From Leucoraja ocellata (taxonomy: Eukaryota), in contig JAWMAR010000033.1 of NCBI GenBank assembly GCA_036785375.1, positions 3,286,001 through 3,350,000 of the forward strand: a stretch of DNA of 64,000 nt. Reading direction: 5' to 3'. Positions within the stretch are counted from its first letter, which is position 1, and every line of letters starts with the position of its first letter. The notes under the pieces were generated by a model. That model had not been told where the DNA came from and made no database searches. It saw only the letters and a list, made by a program, of their open reading frames with translations. A program made the position numbers and the translations under genes. This document shows, piece by piece, positions 12,829 to 25,759 of this stretch.

Positions 12829-13954
12829 CTTTCATTTTCATCTACACAATAAAATAAATGCTGTTGCTGTCACTAAAGTGGGGCATTGGTGTCAATTTTG
12901 CCAATGTTTCTTGCACATCCAGACCAAGTTGCTTTCTGCCTAACAGTAAATATTCAGGACACTTTCATGCATTTTCTACTTAAGAGAAAAAAGTTGTTTT
13001 AAGTGTCACTGTAAGTGGCATGATATATAACTCTATCTTTGTTTCCAAGTGACACAAATTGGTTCCTGATGTTATGTGTAAATGTACATGTTGTTCATTC
13101 CTCTAAAGTAACTTTTCTGGGTTCTTACATGTCAATTGGTTATTTCATTTGCCTAGAACACTAGTTATGTTTCAAAATGTAATCCATTGGCGGTGAAGCT
13201 CTTTTGAGTTGTTATGCTGGTTGTAAATAGCACATCATGTACAAATTCATTTATCTGCTTGTCACGCCAAAAGCAATTAATTACTTTTGAAATGATAAAT
13301 TGGGTTTGAGAAGTAAACAAGATAATTCTATTTCTTGCTAAATAATTTAATGCAGCTTGACAAAAATTCATCTTTGCAATTCTGACATTGGGGTCAATCT
13401 TTCCAGACTTCGGCAAGAAATAATAAAGTAATATACAAGTACATTGAAGTTCTGATTTTTCAAGACTTTTTTAGTAGGCTGGCATTGCAAAACTGGGTAC
13501 TTAGAAACTGCCCCACACTGCATTTTACGATATTTTCAAGAACAATTGAGGAAATGCAAGTCTTGTTTAAAGTGAATATTGGAAAAGATTGAAAAAGGTC
13601 GGAAGGGTGGGTACAACTAATCGAGTTATCGTGACAGATGTGTTAAAAACGAGGCACAACTCGGATCTTGCAGCTTTAGACCCCATCATAGATCCTTGCG
13701 TATATCAGAGAAAACCTATTACTGCTGCCACTTTTATATCACGAGAGAGATTGTCACAAAGGTGGTAATGCCATCTGGCGCAGTATTGGAACAGGCTGAT
13801 TACAATTGGAACAGCATAAACTCTCTTTATCGTTAGAGATTGTAATCATTGGATTTTTCAAATCACTACAGACAACTGCCATACAGCCATGTTAAGATAT
13901 TAAGCATGTACAGTAATATTTTTACATCATATTTGCAGGTCCTTGCTTTTTACT

Positions 13955-14102
13955 TTAAGGGGCATTTAAGAGGCTTTTAGTTATGCACGTGGATATGCAG
14001 GGAATGGTGGGATATGGATCACATGCAGGCAGAGGAGATTAGTTGGGCATCATGTTTTGCATTGATTTTGTGGGCTGATCCTGGGTTGTACTATTCTATG
14101 TA
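13955..14102 (+). mobile_element. CR1 3' UTR fragment
   Basis: ggggcatttaagaggcttttag...ggatatgcagggaatggtgggatatggatcacatgcaggcagagg...tattctatgt. Related copies at 28195-28360 and 53605-53876. Confidence 0.6.
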
Positions 14103-15339
14103 CATCCCTGTGAAACGAGTTAGAATGAGACTCAACAAGACGGCTTTGAAGCTAGTGCAATGACTTGGATGGAGAGGGGTTACTTGAAGTTCGAGAATTA
14201 TGCTCTGATGATATAGTCACCCACAAACTACAGTATATGAAATTTAAAGATGAAGTATTGTTGAAGATTGGGGTACATCTAGACGCACACCAGAACTAGC
14301 ATCCAAATGCATGAGTTCTGAATTTACTGAGAATATTTTGATTATGGCAACTTAGGCTGATACCTGACCTTTGTATTCTTTGGCTGTTGGCGTCATCTTT
14401 TTGTGCAGCTATTTTTTCCATAGCAAGTCATTTGCAGAAAGAGCAACAGCTATGTGAAGTACCTTTAAGTCTTGCTACTATATGATGTGGTTGTTTGCAA
14501 CAAGATTATTTGGGTGATGTATGGAAACAAGAGAACACTTATCTTTGCCTTTCTTTAGATTAAAATAAACTTGTACTTGGATTACAACCAGGTATGAGGG
14601 GCCTGGTTGATCTCCTTGATTTAGTCATAACCTTTTTTTGTGTAGTTTGTACTTTGTATTTTGCAATAGAGTGGACTTAATTCCCAAATCTTTCTTATAT
14701 CCAATGCAGTAGAACCACCAGCATTCAGAATCAAGGGTAAAATGTTCCTTTATGTTCAGCTTGAACTTATAATGACACAGCAAAGCTTTTCCATACCATT
14801 CCATTGTGTCCATTATGGCCCCCCTCTCCTTACATCACAGAATCGCTACAATCCACATCTGCCTACCAATTTCTATTTAATTTTTGTGATAAAGCTACAC
14901 TGAGACGTAATTTATAAAAAGTAAATTAACTGGCATTGAAATTCGGGAAGAATTAGGATTGCTTGGGGGAAACCAACATGGTCATGGGGTAAAGTGTTCA
15001 CATTTCACATGCACAGTACCCAAGATCAGGAATGAACATCGAGCCACAACTGAGTCACATTACTGGCTCAATCTTGTAAAAGCTGAATATCAACATTAAT
15101 CTCTCTCTCTGGAGCATAACTCTATTACAGAACATCAGTTGGGTTCTGATGGAAGGTCACCGATCTGTTCTCTTTTCATGATTGCTGCCTGATTGCCAGT
15201 ATTTTCTCTTTCGAAAGTGTATTTGTGAGTTTGGTTTGTTTTTATTTGTTTCAACAAAGATGATTATATTTTCTAGATTTAAGCAATAGTTTATAATTCC
15301 ATTGAAATTGCATATTCCAACTATTGTTGAAAGTGAAAA

Positions 15340-15725
15340 CTAACCCTCCCTCCCCCCCCCCCCCCCCCCCCCTTCACCTTTCTCCCGTGCCCCACTTGGA
15401 CTTGCACCAATGTCTCCCCTCCTCCACCCCATCCACCTACGTTGGTTTCTGTAGCGTTATAACTCTTCAATCCGCAACTCTTCAATCCTTTTATCTCACA
15501 CTTTCTGTCTTTTCATCTCTGGCCTTTGTCCAACCATCTCCCTATCAAATAACCCTCCTCATCTGTGTTGACCTATCACCTGCCAGGCTTTGTCATGCCC
15601 CTCCTTCTTCCTGTTTCTATTTTACCCCCACCACTACAATCAGTCTGAAAAAGGGTCCCAACCTGAAATGTCACCTATTCATGTTCTCTTGAGATGCTGC
15701 CTGACCCGCTGAGCCCCTCCACCAG
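15340..15725 (+). mobile_element. Penelope-like element 3' region with degenerate hammerhead-like motif
   Basis: Pyrimidine-rich tract then cagtctgaaaaagggtcccaacctgaaatgtcacc...gagatgctgcctgacccgctgag, the same tail as the GIY-YIG element at 56670-57695. Confidence 0.7.
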
Positions 15726-16507
15726 CGTTTACCTTTGTCTCGAGCTCTCTTTGGTTTTCCAGCCTGGACTATTCTATTGTTGGTAATTTTATACGTAATT
15801 TTTAATAAAGTTTTGTTTTGCTCTGTCAGTTCCATCTGGAGTTATCCTAGTCTACTTTTATGTCTTTATAACTTCTCTTCCCTAATTTACCTGGCAAATT
15901 GATCATGAGTCTCTTATTCAGTCTCTTAGCTGGTGTGGTTGTGGGTGCAAATTGGGCATTTTCAGGTTGACTAAAAGTTGTTTCCTTACCTTAGAGTCAT
16001 AGAGCAAAAACAACATTTTAAATACATTTAGACAGGTTTTTGCATAGGATAGGAATGTTTTGGAACGATACCATGCTGGCAAATGGAACTAGTTTAGATG
16101 GCATTTTGGGCAGCATAGATTAGTTGGATTATAGATCAGCTGTATTATTCTGTTTCATGCCATGCCGTCCTTTTTCTCGTCAAAATCGTTAATATAAATT
16201 GTGAATGGTTGATAGTCAGGACTGTTCTGTCAGGAACCTCAAGTAGCAGTCTGGGAAACTAAAGATTATCTGTTCATGCCCACTTCCTTAAATGTCTAAT
16301 TTTCTTTTAATGCAGCTATTTTCCCATCAACATAAATCAGGAGCTATGGGCCTTCTGGGTCTAGCTTTGGGCTGCATTTTCTCGGTATGATTCGCAGCCA
16401 TCTTGGATAGCTGAAATGTAGAAGCAACGGTGGAGTGGCAGGGTGGGGATTACAAATTCTGTTATCCTCAGACAGGAGACCAGATCCATTCTCCACAAAT
16501 ACATTGG

Positions 16508-16797
16508 AGTCGCACGGTGGCGCAGCGGTACAGTTGCTGCCTTACAGCGAATGAAGCGCCGGAGACCCGGGTTCGGTCCTGACTACAGGACCGAAGTTTG
16601 TACGTTCTCCCCGTGACCTACCTGGGTTTCTCCGAGATCTTCGGTTTCCTCCCACACTCCGAAGCCGTACAGGTATGTGGGTTAATTGGCTTGGTAAAGT
16701 GTAAAAAATTGTCCCTAGTGTGTATCAGATAGTGTTAATGTGCGAGGATCGCTGGTCAGCGCGCACCCGGTGGGTATGTCTCTAAATTAAACTAAAC
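16508..16797 (+). mobile_element. V-SINE (HE1-like), near full length
   Basis: Pol III A box (tggcgcagcgg) and B-box-like gggttcggtcc. V core gtttgtacgttctccccgtgacc...ggtttcctcccacactcc...ggttaattggc, tail tctctaaattaaactaaa. Confidence 0.85.
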
Positions 16798-16971
16798 CTA
16801 TCAATGGTACTACCCGAGTCATCCCTGTAATGTTGGAGGACGGATTACTTGAGTGCTGTGACATTCTTTAACCCCTTTGAACAGTTATATCCTGAACCTG
16901 ACTGTCAGACAAGAAGTGATTGTAGAATACAAGCTGAGATATCAATTATTAGGCACTATGATTATATCCTG

Positions 16972-17310
16972 CGGGAGTGGTGGCTCAGATGAACGTGCTC
17001 TTGCATCATGTTTCTAGTGACTTGGGTTCGATCCTACTCTCTGATGCTGTCTATGTGGAATATGCCCATTCTCCCTGTGACCCCACGGGTTTGCTCCGAA
17101 TACCCTGCTTTTCTCCCGCATCATGTAAACATATCGGATGATGGGTTAATTTGGCATATAATGTTGAGATGAGTTGTGGGATCCGGTTACAAAATGCAGA
17201 ATGGATGTGGTGGTGAGTTCATGAGTGTGGGGTGAATAAAGTGGGATTAGTAAAGGGTGTGCAAATGAGTGCTCAATGGTAGGTGTGGAATCAGTGTATC
17301 CATTGATTGA
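16972..17310 (+). mobile_element. Older V-SINE copy
   Basis: gtggtggctcag...tgggttcgatcct...tgctgtctatgtgga...ttctccctgtgacc...ctcccgcatc...gggttaatt. Confidence 0.6.
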
Positions 17311-20300
17311 GTTGGGGCCTCTGTTAGTCCTCCACCCATGTGGAGGAAGAAGACCCACCCCGATGAACATGAGTGAGACGACTCCTACACTGGTGCCCTC
17401 TTATTACTTACAGTCGAAACCTAAAATGGAGAAATGAATCATCAAGTCAAAGCAACTTTGGTAACAAAGATGTTTCAGCTTAATCATAGTGAGTAGGTAG
17501 GTGTGTGTGTGCGTATGCGGAGGGTTGGTATTGTGGGTAGGAGGGTATTTGGGAATGTGTTATAAGTAATAGGAATTAAATGGTACCATTTAAAAGTGTT
17601 TGTGTAGAATCAAACATTTTTGAAAGTTGAAATGCAAGTTAAGAAATAACCAATCCTTAGTTGCACAAAACGGAAGGAAAATCTGCCAAATCTCTGCAAT
17701 TCAACAACGAGACTACAGCCAGGTTAGTGTTCACTGTAACTGATCAATTAGGTTGTCAATTCTCATTTGTGCTTTCCCATGGCTTCTGCAGTTAAAACAA
17801 AAAAGCATATTCCCTTTAGACATAAGAATGACATGCAAATGCATTTGCTGGTTTAAAATATTTCACATTTCTAATTTGTGCCATGTTCAGCATGTTTATT
17901 GTCCACTCTGTGCAGTCATGATATTGAAGTCAGAACAAGATTTTGTGTATGTACTTTACTAGTCCAAATGTGTCGGGGTTTGCACATTGTGCTCATTTTT
18001 CAGTGCCGTTCAATATCTCCACATTTCTTGTGGTGAAGGGAATGCTATATTTAATTGATCCGTTACAACCTGCATTGTAATGATTTAGATCTTTGGCCTG
18101 GGATCTACTATGTGCCATGACCACATGGGCTGTGCTATTCTATTTTGCTCAGAAAAATGGCAACAACGTTGTCTGGACTCCATCCATAACATTCTCAAAG
18201 ATTTTCATTCTCCTATTGACTGAATGCTGCAGGCTGAAACAGTCGGGATGCAGAAATTGTTTTGTTTTAATTTAATACTTGCAAATGTGCCTGGTTAATG
18301 CAATGCTTGCATACATGCATTGCTTCTCTATTTCTTATTCCTAACAGCCACATTTAGTTAACTGAAAAGATTTATCGTTTCTTTAAACGCAATGTATTTT
18401 GTTAACAATTTATATATTTATACCTTCGGAATAACAGTGTGTTGAATTTAACACAATATCTGTTACATTCCAACACATTTTTGTTTATTCGGGGACCATA
18501 AAATGTGTTAAAAGTTTCACATTCAATATCTAGTTGAATTAACACACTTCCATGTGTTGACACATGACTGAGCAAAATAGACAGGATTCTGGTGTGCTGA
18601 ATTAGTTTTGTAGCCTTACTGACTGACCTGCAATTGAATAGCGATCTAATTAAACGTTACTTAAGGGTTAGCTAATTATTGTCAATATAATTAGGGTTAC
18701 AGAAAGCCAGAATGAGCAGGAAATAAATTTTTATACTCTACCACCATTTTCACTACTTATTCCAGTTTTAAATTGAATATTTTAAAAAAACATATGAGGC
18801 ATAGCAATTTTGTCTTCAGTATGTTAGTTATATTTCACTCATTTTTAATTCTAGTTTTCCATGTTCTTGGTGCTTTACAAGTCTGTTCTGAATAGCGACA
18901 AAAAGCCTGGCTGTGATCTTGGCTAAATATCACCAAGACTTGAGCATGTTACTGGCTCGTGTTAACAAAGAACACACTGCAGTTTCCTGATCTGTGATTT
19001 AAAAAAAAAATAATAATAATTTCTATAAATGCACTGGATTGAAAATGGATAATTATCTGTAACGATGAATTAGCACCATGATAAACCAGCACCAAATAGA
19101 AGTTGTTAGTTCTGTTGGGCTTCTATGCTCTTAACCCGAAAGCTCCAACTTACACATTGTTGCCCAGTTACATAGCAACAGAGCTGGTTTGACAGACTGT
19201 ATGCAAAATATGCCAGCTCAGACTATGATTATATGTTGGCAGGAACACATGTGTTCTGCGTGATTATGTCGCATTCCTTTGTAGTCTTGTTTTCCAATAA
19301 TATTTTGGTGTTAGACTTTGGTGGGGCCTAATTAATTTCTTGGTGAGAAAGTGAGTTACTGGTAAAAGTCAATGTATCAATGTGATGGTTGTGGACATTT
19401 TTCAAACTTGTGGTCGAAGTATTGTGAGAAATGTTAATTAGAGCTCCCCCTACTGTTAGTGCAGTGGAACCAATTAATTCTAAATGAAAGCTGAAACCAA
19501 ATTTTCCATTTTCTTGAATTGTCAGTTTTTTAATTACATTTCTTTTGTATTCTGTTCAAATTAAACCAGGTAGCTAACTGGGGGGGAATTCCAAGCACTC
19601 CTTGAGATTTTCACAAACATGCCTCAATAGTCATTCATATTATTATTGATATGATTTTTTTTTTACTGTCTATTCACTGGACATTGTGAATTCTTTTCTG
19701 CCATTGTGAATTTTAGGAATAACTTTGCACCCTATCTATATCAGCTAGCTATATAACGGGTGAATAGTCACTAATAATGAGCAGTGATCAATAGATATGT
19801 CTTAGATGTACTTGCTAGTCATCATGTCATTGTGTCATGGGAGTGCTCAATGCAAAGAGATGCCACTTGTGGTGAGACAGTATTATCACAGGAATGAAAG
19901 CTTCAGTGCTAATGTCAAAAAAGCTCCTTAGTACCAATTAGTGTCAACTAACTTACATCAGTGCAGCAAGATATCATTGTGTCATTGTTAAAGAACATAT
20001 TTCTTCGTGCATCTCTACATATAGAGTGGTCTAGTTTCAAGAGCTCTGATTTTGCAGTTCTCTTTGTTATGCTCTTTTCTGCAGAATAGGTTTCATGCTA
20101 AAATCCAGATCCTAATTTTTTTTATCCACAGGACCACTCTAAGCATTTCTCTACTGGTTTGTGTATTTTACCCAGGACTGCTTTCATACAGTGCAGATGG
20201 TATGTGTTCCTTTTAGTTTGGTTTATTATTATCACCTGTACCGAGGTTTTGTTGCATGCTATCCAGTCAGCGAAAAGATGATTACAATCAAATTGTCCAC

Positions 20301-21399
20301 TGTGTTCCAAAACAGGATAAACGGTATAACGTCTAGTGCAAGATTAAGTCCTATTACACCTCGTAATTGTTGTCAATGATATATGTTGTCAGTGGCATAT
20401 GGTAGTCTGAATTTGGATTTAGATGGTTGGATGTCTTCCCAGAGAGTAATACAAATGGTTGGGGATGCATCACATTGTTGGTCAAGGAAGAGACTTTTAA
20501 CTGTGTAGTTTAAAACTCTTCAGCTGATTTTGTAGCATGAAAATAGTGTAGCATGGCACATCAATAATACTTTCTAACATGACAGAATGGTTGTGATCTT
20601 CTCAGGCTACTTTTATTGCAAAGTGTTATTGGGTTTGACAGTCAAACATTGCAGTTTTCCTGGTTCAGCACACACATTGAATCATCTTTTGCGTTGCAGC
20701 TGATATCTTTGTGCCCATTACCATAAAGGAACTGCATCACACCATCTCCATTGCAGAGGCTTGCATAAAGGGATTCTATGTGGTAAATATTTGATAGAGA
20801 GAGAGGAGAGTGTGTTCATACAGTTTCATCAACAAAATCAGGAGATCAGTGCTCCCTAGGAGCTGGGGCCACAGCAATAGCCAGGGATTTTGTGGCAAGA
20901 ATTTGTTAGGAGTGAAACTCCCAAGTCTACGTCACCCATGAATTACTGTTTTGTAGGGAAGCTTGCAGTGCTCACTAATCCTCAAGTCTCGTGCTTAGAT
21001 TTTCACCCCTTGTATATAGAATTTGTTACCTCTATGTTGCAGCAGTGATTAACAAACTGATGTGGCATAAATTGGCTGCAAGGCCTGGAATAATCGTGAG
21101 GGAAAAGACCTGAGGGTGTCCATGCATTGGACTTCATTGTTACTTGAATTTATAGACCTCAGTGTCTTGGTAAAGCCTCATCTGCAGAAAAATTGAGGCA
21201 CAAGAGATTGCAAATGGTAATCTGCAGCAAAATGCAAGTTGCTGGAGGCATAAATTAGTAATAAAACCAATGAGCAACTCGGGAGAAATTAGTCAAATTC
21301 TTTAATGTGTATGTACCAAAAGTGTATAGAGCATCCGTGTTGGGGCTTAATTAATGTTTCATAATGTTCTATCTTGGCTTTGCTTTTCTTACAATTATT

Positions 21400-21970
21400 G
21401 GCTGAAGCACAGAATACATGTCTTCTCAAACATCTTCACTTATGGTCCTGTTATCTTCAAGGATTTATAGGCATTTCCAAGATCTCCATTTAGAATCCTT
21501 TCAGTTATTTTATATTATTTCCTTCTGCTGATTACTCTTCCCAAGTACATTAACTCACGATTCTGAAGATTTTATTTCATTTGCCCTTTTCGACACCTAA
21601 ACAGTCCATTCATATCTAACTGCAATTGAACTTTCTTCCTCATTACCGAACCTTTTAATTGTGGCGACTACCTCTTAAGCCCAACTCATCCAAGCATAAC
21701 ACCAAAACAAGGGACAGCGATAGAACACTGCCTTGTCCTCCCATCACAAAAATGTCTGTTGCCCTTTTGATTTATGCCTCTGACCCATTTTTTATTTAAT
21801 TTGCTAATTTCTCTTTGATCCTGTTAGCTTTTATGTTCTTGACCAAAATGCTTGTGGGACTTGAAGAGGAATGCTTTGCTAAAATCCATATATACTGCAT
21901 TGGCACTCCTCTTTAAACAATAATTCAATCAGATCCTTTAACAAACCCGTGCTGACTGTCCACAATTAAC
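21400..21970 (-). mobile_element. Degenerate CR1 RT fragment
   Basis: aatgctttgctaaaatccatata (reverse reads YMDFSKAF), cccgtgctgactgtc and atttcatttgcc. Confidence 0.55.
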
Positions 21971-22589
21971 ATGACTTTCCAACAGGTGAGTTGTGGTGTT
22001 CCTTAGATCTCGTATGTATCTCGTGTTGGAATTCCCTCCTTGCATTGCTCTACCACCCTAGCCCTTTCCTTCTTTAAGCTTCATTAACATGTAACTCCTT
22101 GATCAAGCATTTAATTTTTATTCCTCATGCAGAGCAGTTTAAAAAAATATGTTGACAGCACCACAGTAATCTGTCCTGGCAAGCAATACAAACATGGTGC
22201 ATGGTTGTGGCAATATTGGCTGTAGCTTTTTGTTTTGGGTTGCTTGATAGTGCTCTGGACCCATTTAGGATAAATAGGACAACATGGACAAAGATTCTAA
22301 TGCCTCAATATTCATTTCACTCCATTTTTGGAATGCAAAGTCATGGGCTGTGCTCTTGTTGATTTGATTCCCTCTAGAAAAAATTGTGATGTTGGTTTTC
22401 AATATCAATATTATTGCACAAATATGCATGACATTGAACATATCCTTTTATGACCACCACCACAAGTCACAACAGATGCACTCTGAATTTCATTCTGCTA
22501 TCAGCAGTTTGCTGTGCAGCAAGTACAACAGGGCTTCAGTCTTTAACATCATTGTCCCCATGGCAACCAGACATTAGCAACACACAAAA

Positions 22590-22837
22590 TGGCTGCTCTG
22601 AAGAACGGACAGAGTGCATGGAAAAGGGATGATTCTCCAGGAGGGATTTAAAGATTTTGATCAATGAGTTCAATGCTCGCCACGATGCACTCTCTGCAAA
22701 AATGCTTAAGGGACCAACTGAAAAGAGCCATTTGATGAAGAATTGGTTGCCCACATCCTCCAGGAGACTCGCCAAGCTGATAAAGGAACAATATTGGAAG
22801 AACTATCATGATCTTACCAGTTACATCAAGTTGAGCA
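22590..22837 (+). pseudogene. Myb/SANT-like DNA-binding domain remnant (Harbinger-associated type)
   Basis: One frame reads FSRRDLKILINEFNARHDAL...W...KEQYWKNYHDLTSYIK, resembling FSxxExxxLxxExxxRxxxL...QxxKxxxDL of Myb_DNA-bind_5/MSANTD proteins. An in-frame stop lies just upstream. Confidence 0.45.
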
Positions 22838-22997
22838 CTGATTGTACATTATACTGTGTCTTGAAATAAGAGCAGCAAGTGATAGAAATATTGAGTGAAC
22901 GAGGCAAATTCTGTGAGGTGTGCAACAGAGTTAAATTTTCAGATTATTGAGTTTTCATCATTCTAAAAAGTAATCAACTGAAATGTTAAATGGAGTC

Positions 22998-23300
22998 TCG
23001 AGGAACTGCAGATGCTTGAATCTAGAACAACAAACAATCCACTGTAGATACTCATTCAGTCGATCAGCAACCTTGAGTGGAAAAGAATGATTGAAGTTTT
23101 GGATTGAAACTCTGCATCAGAAGAGTGAGTGGAGAAGAGGGATAGCCAGTATAAAGGGGAGAGGGGGAATCATGAAACAGAAGCAAGAATGGTGGATGGA
23201 CCAAGGAAGGTGGAAGAATGACTGACATAACCTGGCTGTCAACTTGGTTTCATAGATGATGCCTGACCTGCTGATTATTTCCAATGCTGTGCGTTTTTAT
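22998..23300 (-). repeat. Old Penelope terminal fragments, partly inverted
   Basis: aggaactgcagatgcttgaatct...gttttggattgaaactctgcatcaga on the minus strand, followed by a plus-strand tail catagatgatgcctgacctgctga. Confidence 0.5.
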
Positions 23301-24869
23301 TTCTTATTTCAATCTAATTTTGGTTCATATTTCTTGATACTGACAATGTTTCACCTCATTCTAAGCAAAGATTGCAAAGAGACAATTGGAGGAAGACCCT
23401 CTCAAGCTCAATGCATCTCCAGGATGGAGGAGATGATCCTTCTGCACCTGGTTCTTGGTTTCTTGGTCCTCCAAAATATTCTCAATGGAATTTAAACTGG
23501 AGGTGGTGAAGGGAGGGATTAAGCTAGAAAGGGTTATGGGAAGAAAGAGCTACTTTAAATTTAGTTGCATCTGGTTGGGTAACTATAGTTGGGTAACTAT
23601 ACCCGACAACTGAAGACCACGAAGTAAGACATCGAGAAATCATAATGTGTGCATGTGAATTTGTGGCCTCAACACAAACTCTTCTATTTTATATGGATCA
23701 ATTGTGAACACATGTCAGCATGTTTGCTTCTCCATTCTTGCAATGGGGCCTGGTCGCTTGATATCTGTGCGTCTCTTGCTTGTTTTGTCTTTTCAGGGTG
23801 TAGGGAAAGGCCCACAATTTAGCAAGCTACTGCAGATGTTCATCGAGGTGGTTGGTAGATCTAAGGCCTGCCTGACTGAATGCAGCAGATGCTGAGGTAT
23901 TCGAGCAGTCCATGTTCCACCTCTCACAGGAAGTGCTTCACTTGCAACATGGAGATGAAACACACGTCTCTGCAAGGGGATGGTGACAGCCTTGTCCCGC
24001 AGTGACTCTGGGTTCAAATAGGAGTTGACATGGAGGAACTAGTGGAAGCCAACTGATGTCTTACTGTCTGTACAGTGTCATGAACACTGAAGAAGGAGTA
24101 GGTTGTTGGTCTTCTGGCTGGCAATTTTCCACTGCTCAGCAGCTTGCTGTCCTCGAGAAGCAGAGCGCTGCTGTGCATGGACCATGGTTACTCTCCATGG
24201 AAAGAGAGATCCCTGTTCTCCAGGAGAGAGATGTTCCACATGAGCAACTCACCCTGATGCAAAAACAGAGAGATAGCACCTCTGACCAGACTGCTTCCTA
24301 CATGAACAAATTAATCCCGTTTATGACCTCCTCTTTTCTCAAGAAGCTGAGAAATTTCCCAGATTAATGGAATTCTCTTTCTTTTAGTGAAGTGTTGATC
24401 ATGTTCAGCAGAGTTGATTCACAGGCGAAGATTAAAGAAGCTGGTAAAGTTTGTTAGGATCTGCCAGCATCATCTGGAGTTTAAAGTGATGGTAGTGCGG
24501 TCTTATTTGCAGCAGAAAAGGGAACCAATGACCAATGGTCCCCCATGAGATCGACTGGTGTAGAGGAATCAAATATCACTATCCCGCCTCAGGATATTAA
24601 TATTTCCTCTCTCCAACCAACTTCTCGGGCATATGTTCAGGCCTGTGCCCTACCACCATCACGCACAGAGGGTGGTAGACTGAAGCTATCCCATCAGGAG
24701 CGAGAGCTTTTCAAGAAACTGCACATATCTGTGGAGACTCTCAGAAAAGCTGGCTTCAGGAGGACAATGGATTGTGCAAGGCCTTCAAAGCCTAGCTGTG
24801 TAAGGCTTTTAATAATTGCTAGCACTGCACATGGTGGTTACATTACTGGTGAGGATTCTGAGGGATGAG

Positions 24870-25245
24870 ATAATCATACATTTGGATAGACAGAGATTGA
24901 ACTTGGGTAGTCAACATAGTTTTGTACTTGGAGATGGTTTCTCACTTTTTTGGAATAAGTATTCAAGAAAGTAGAGAAGGGCGAGGCCACACACATTGTC
25001 TATATAGACTTCAGCAAGGTGTTTAAGGTTCCATGTGGTTGGCTGCTCTGGAAGGTTAGCTTACATGGCAAACAGGGAAAGCTAGCTGCCTGGATACTGA
25101 ATTGGCTCCTGACTGAGATTTTTAGTTTGTTGTTGGCCAAGAGTGAAGTGTCAGATGACTGGAGGACAGAAAATATAGTACCATTTTTCGTGAAGGGCAT
25201 TAGAGCTAACCCAGGTACTTACATGCCTGTCAGTCAATGGTAGAG
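24870..25245 (+). mobile_element. CR1 RT fragments (rearranged)
   Basis: gtctatatagacttcagcaaggtgtttaagg (YxDFSK), followed out of order by DDWRTENIVPFFVKG..NPGTYMPVS, the CR1 pre-RT motif. Confidence 0.7.
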
Positions 25246-25759
25246 AAGTAAACGAGTTCGGTATTGCAACTGTGCATGCCTAGGTCATAGGTCACTGAAG
25301 ATAAACATTGGAGGGTGCGGATTGCTGTGTGTTATCTTTGGGCATCAGACCTTCGTTTCAGTGAGTGCTTTCTGCTTCATGCTGCTCCGTGGGGTCGGGA
25401 TCCATGGTCTGGTTCGGGCGTGGGTGTCCGGCGCCATGGGCTACGCCGAGCTGCTGCTGGGCCGTCCCCCCTGGGGCTGTGTATGAGGCGCGGGTTTGTG
25501 CGCGCTCTACCCAGTCTCCCACTGGCGTCTGCCCCCACTCTCTCGCTGTTACACCCGCTCTCCCCCTACCTCGAGCCTCATTCCTCAGATTAAATATATT
25601 TTTGCTCAATCATGAATAAAGATAAGAATTTACATACAGTTTATGCAGCCAGCACTTTGTTTGCTTTTTCTTTATAGCCAGTGACGTTTGACAAATCCCA
25701 TGATTCTCTGCATTTTTCAGAATACCGAACTCGCTTAATGTTGGCAAAATTCTGAGAGA

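Noticed and set aside
16508-16590. tRNA-like A/B boxes
   Set aside because: Continues into the V-SINE core and tail; a SINE head, not a tRNA gene.
19441-19470. CTCF-like gctccccctactgt
   Set aside because: Several mismatches to the core consensus; expected by chance in 64 kb.
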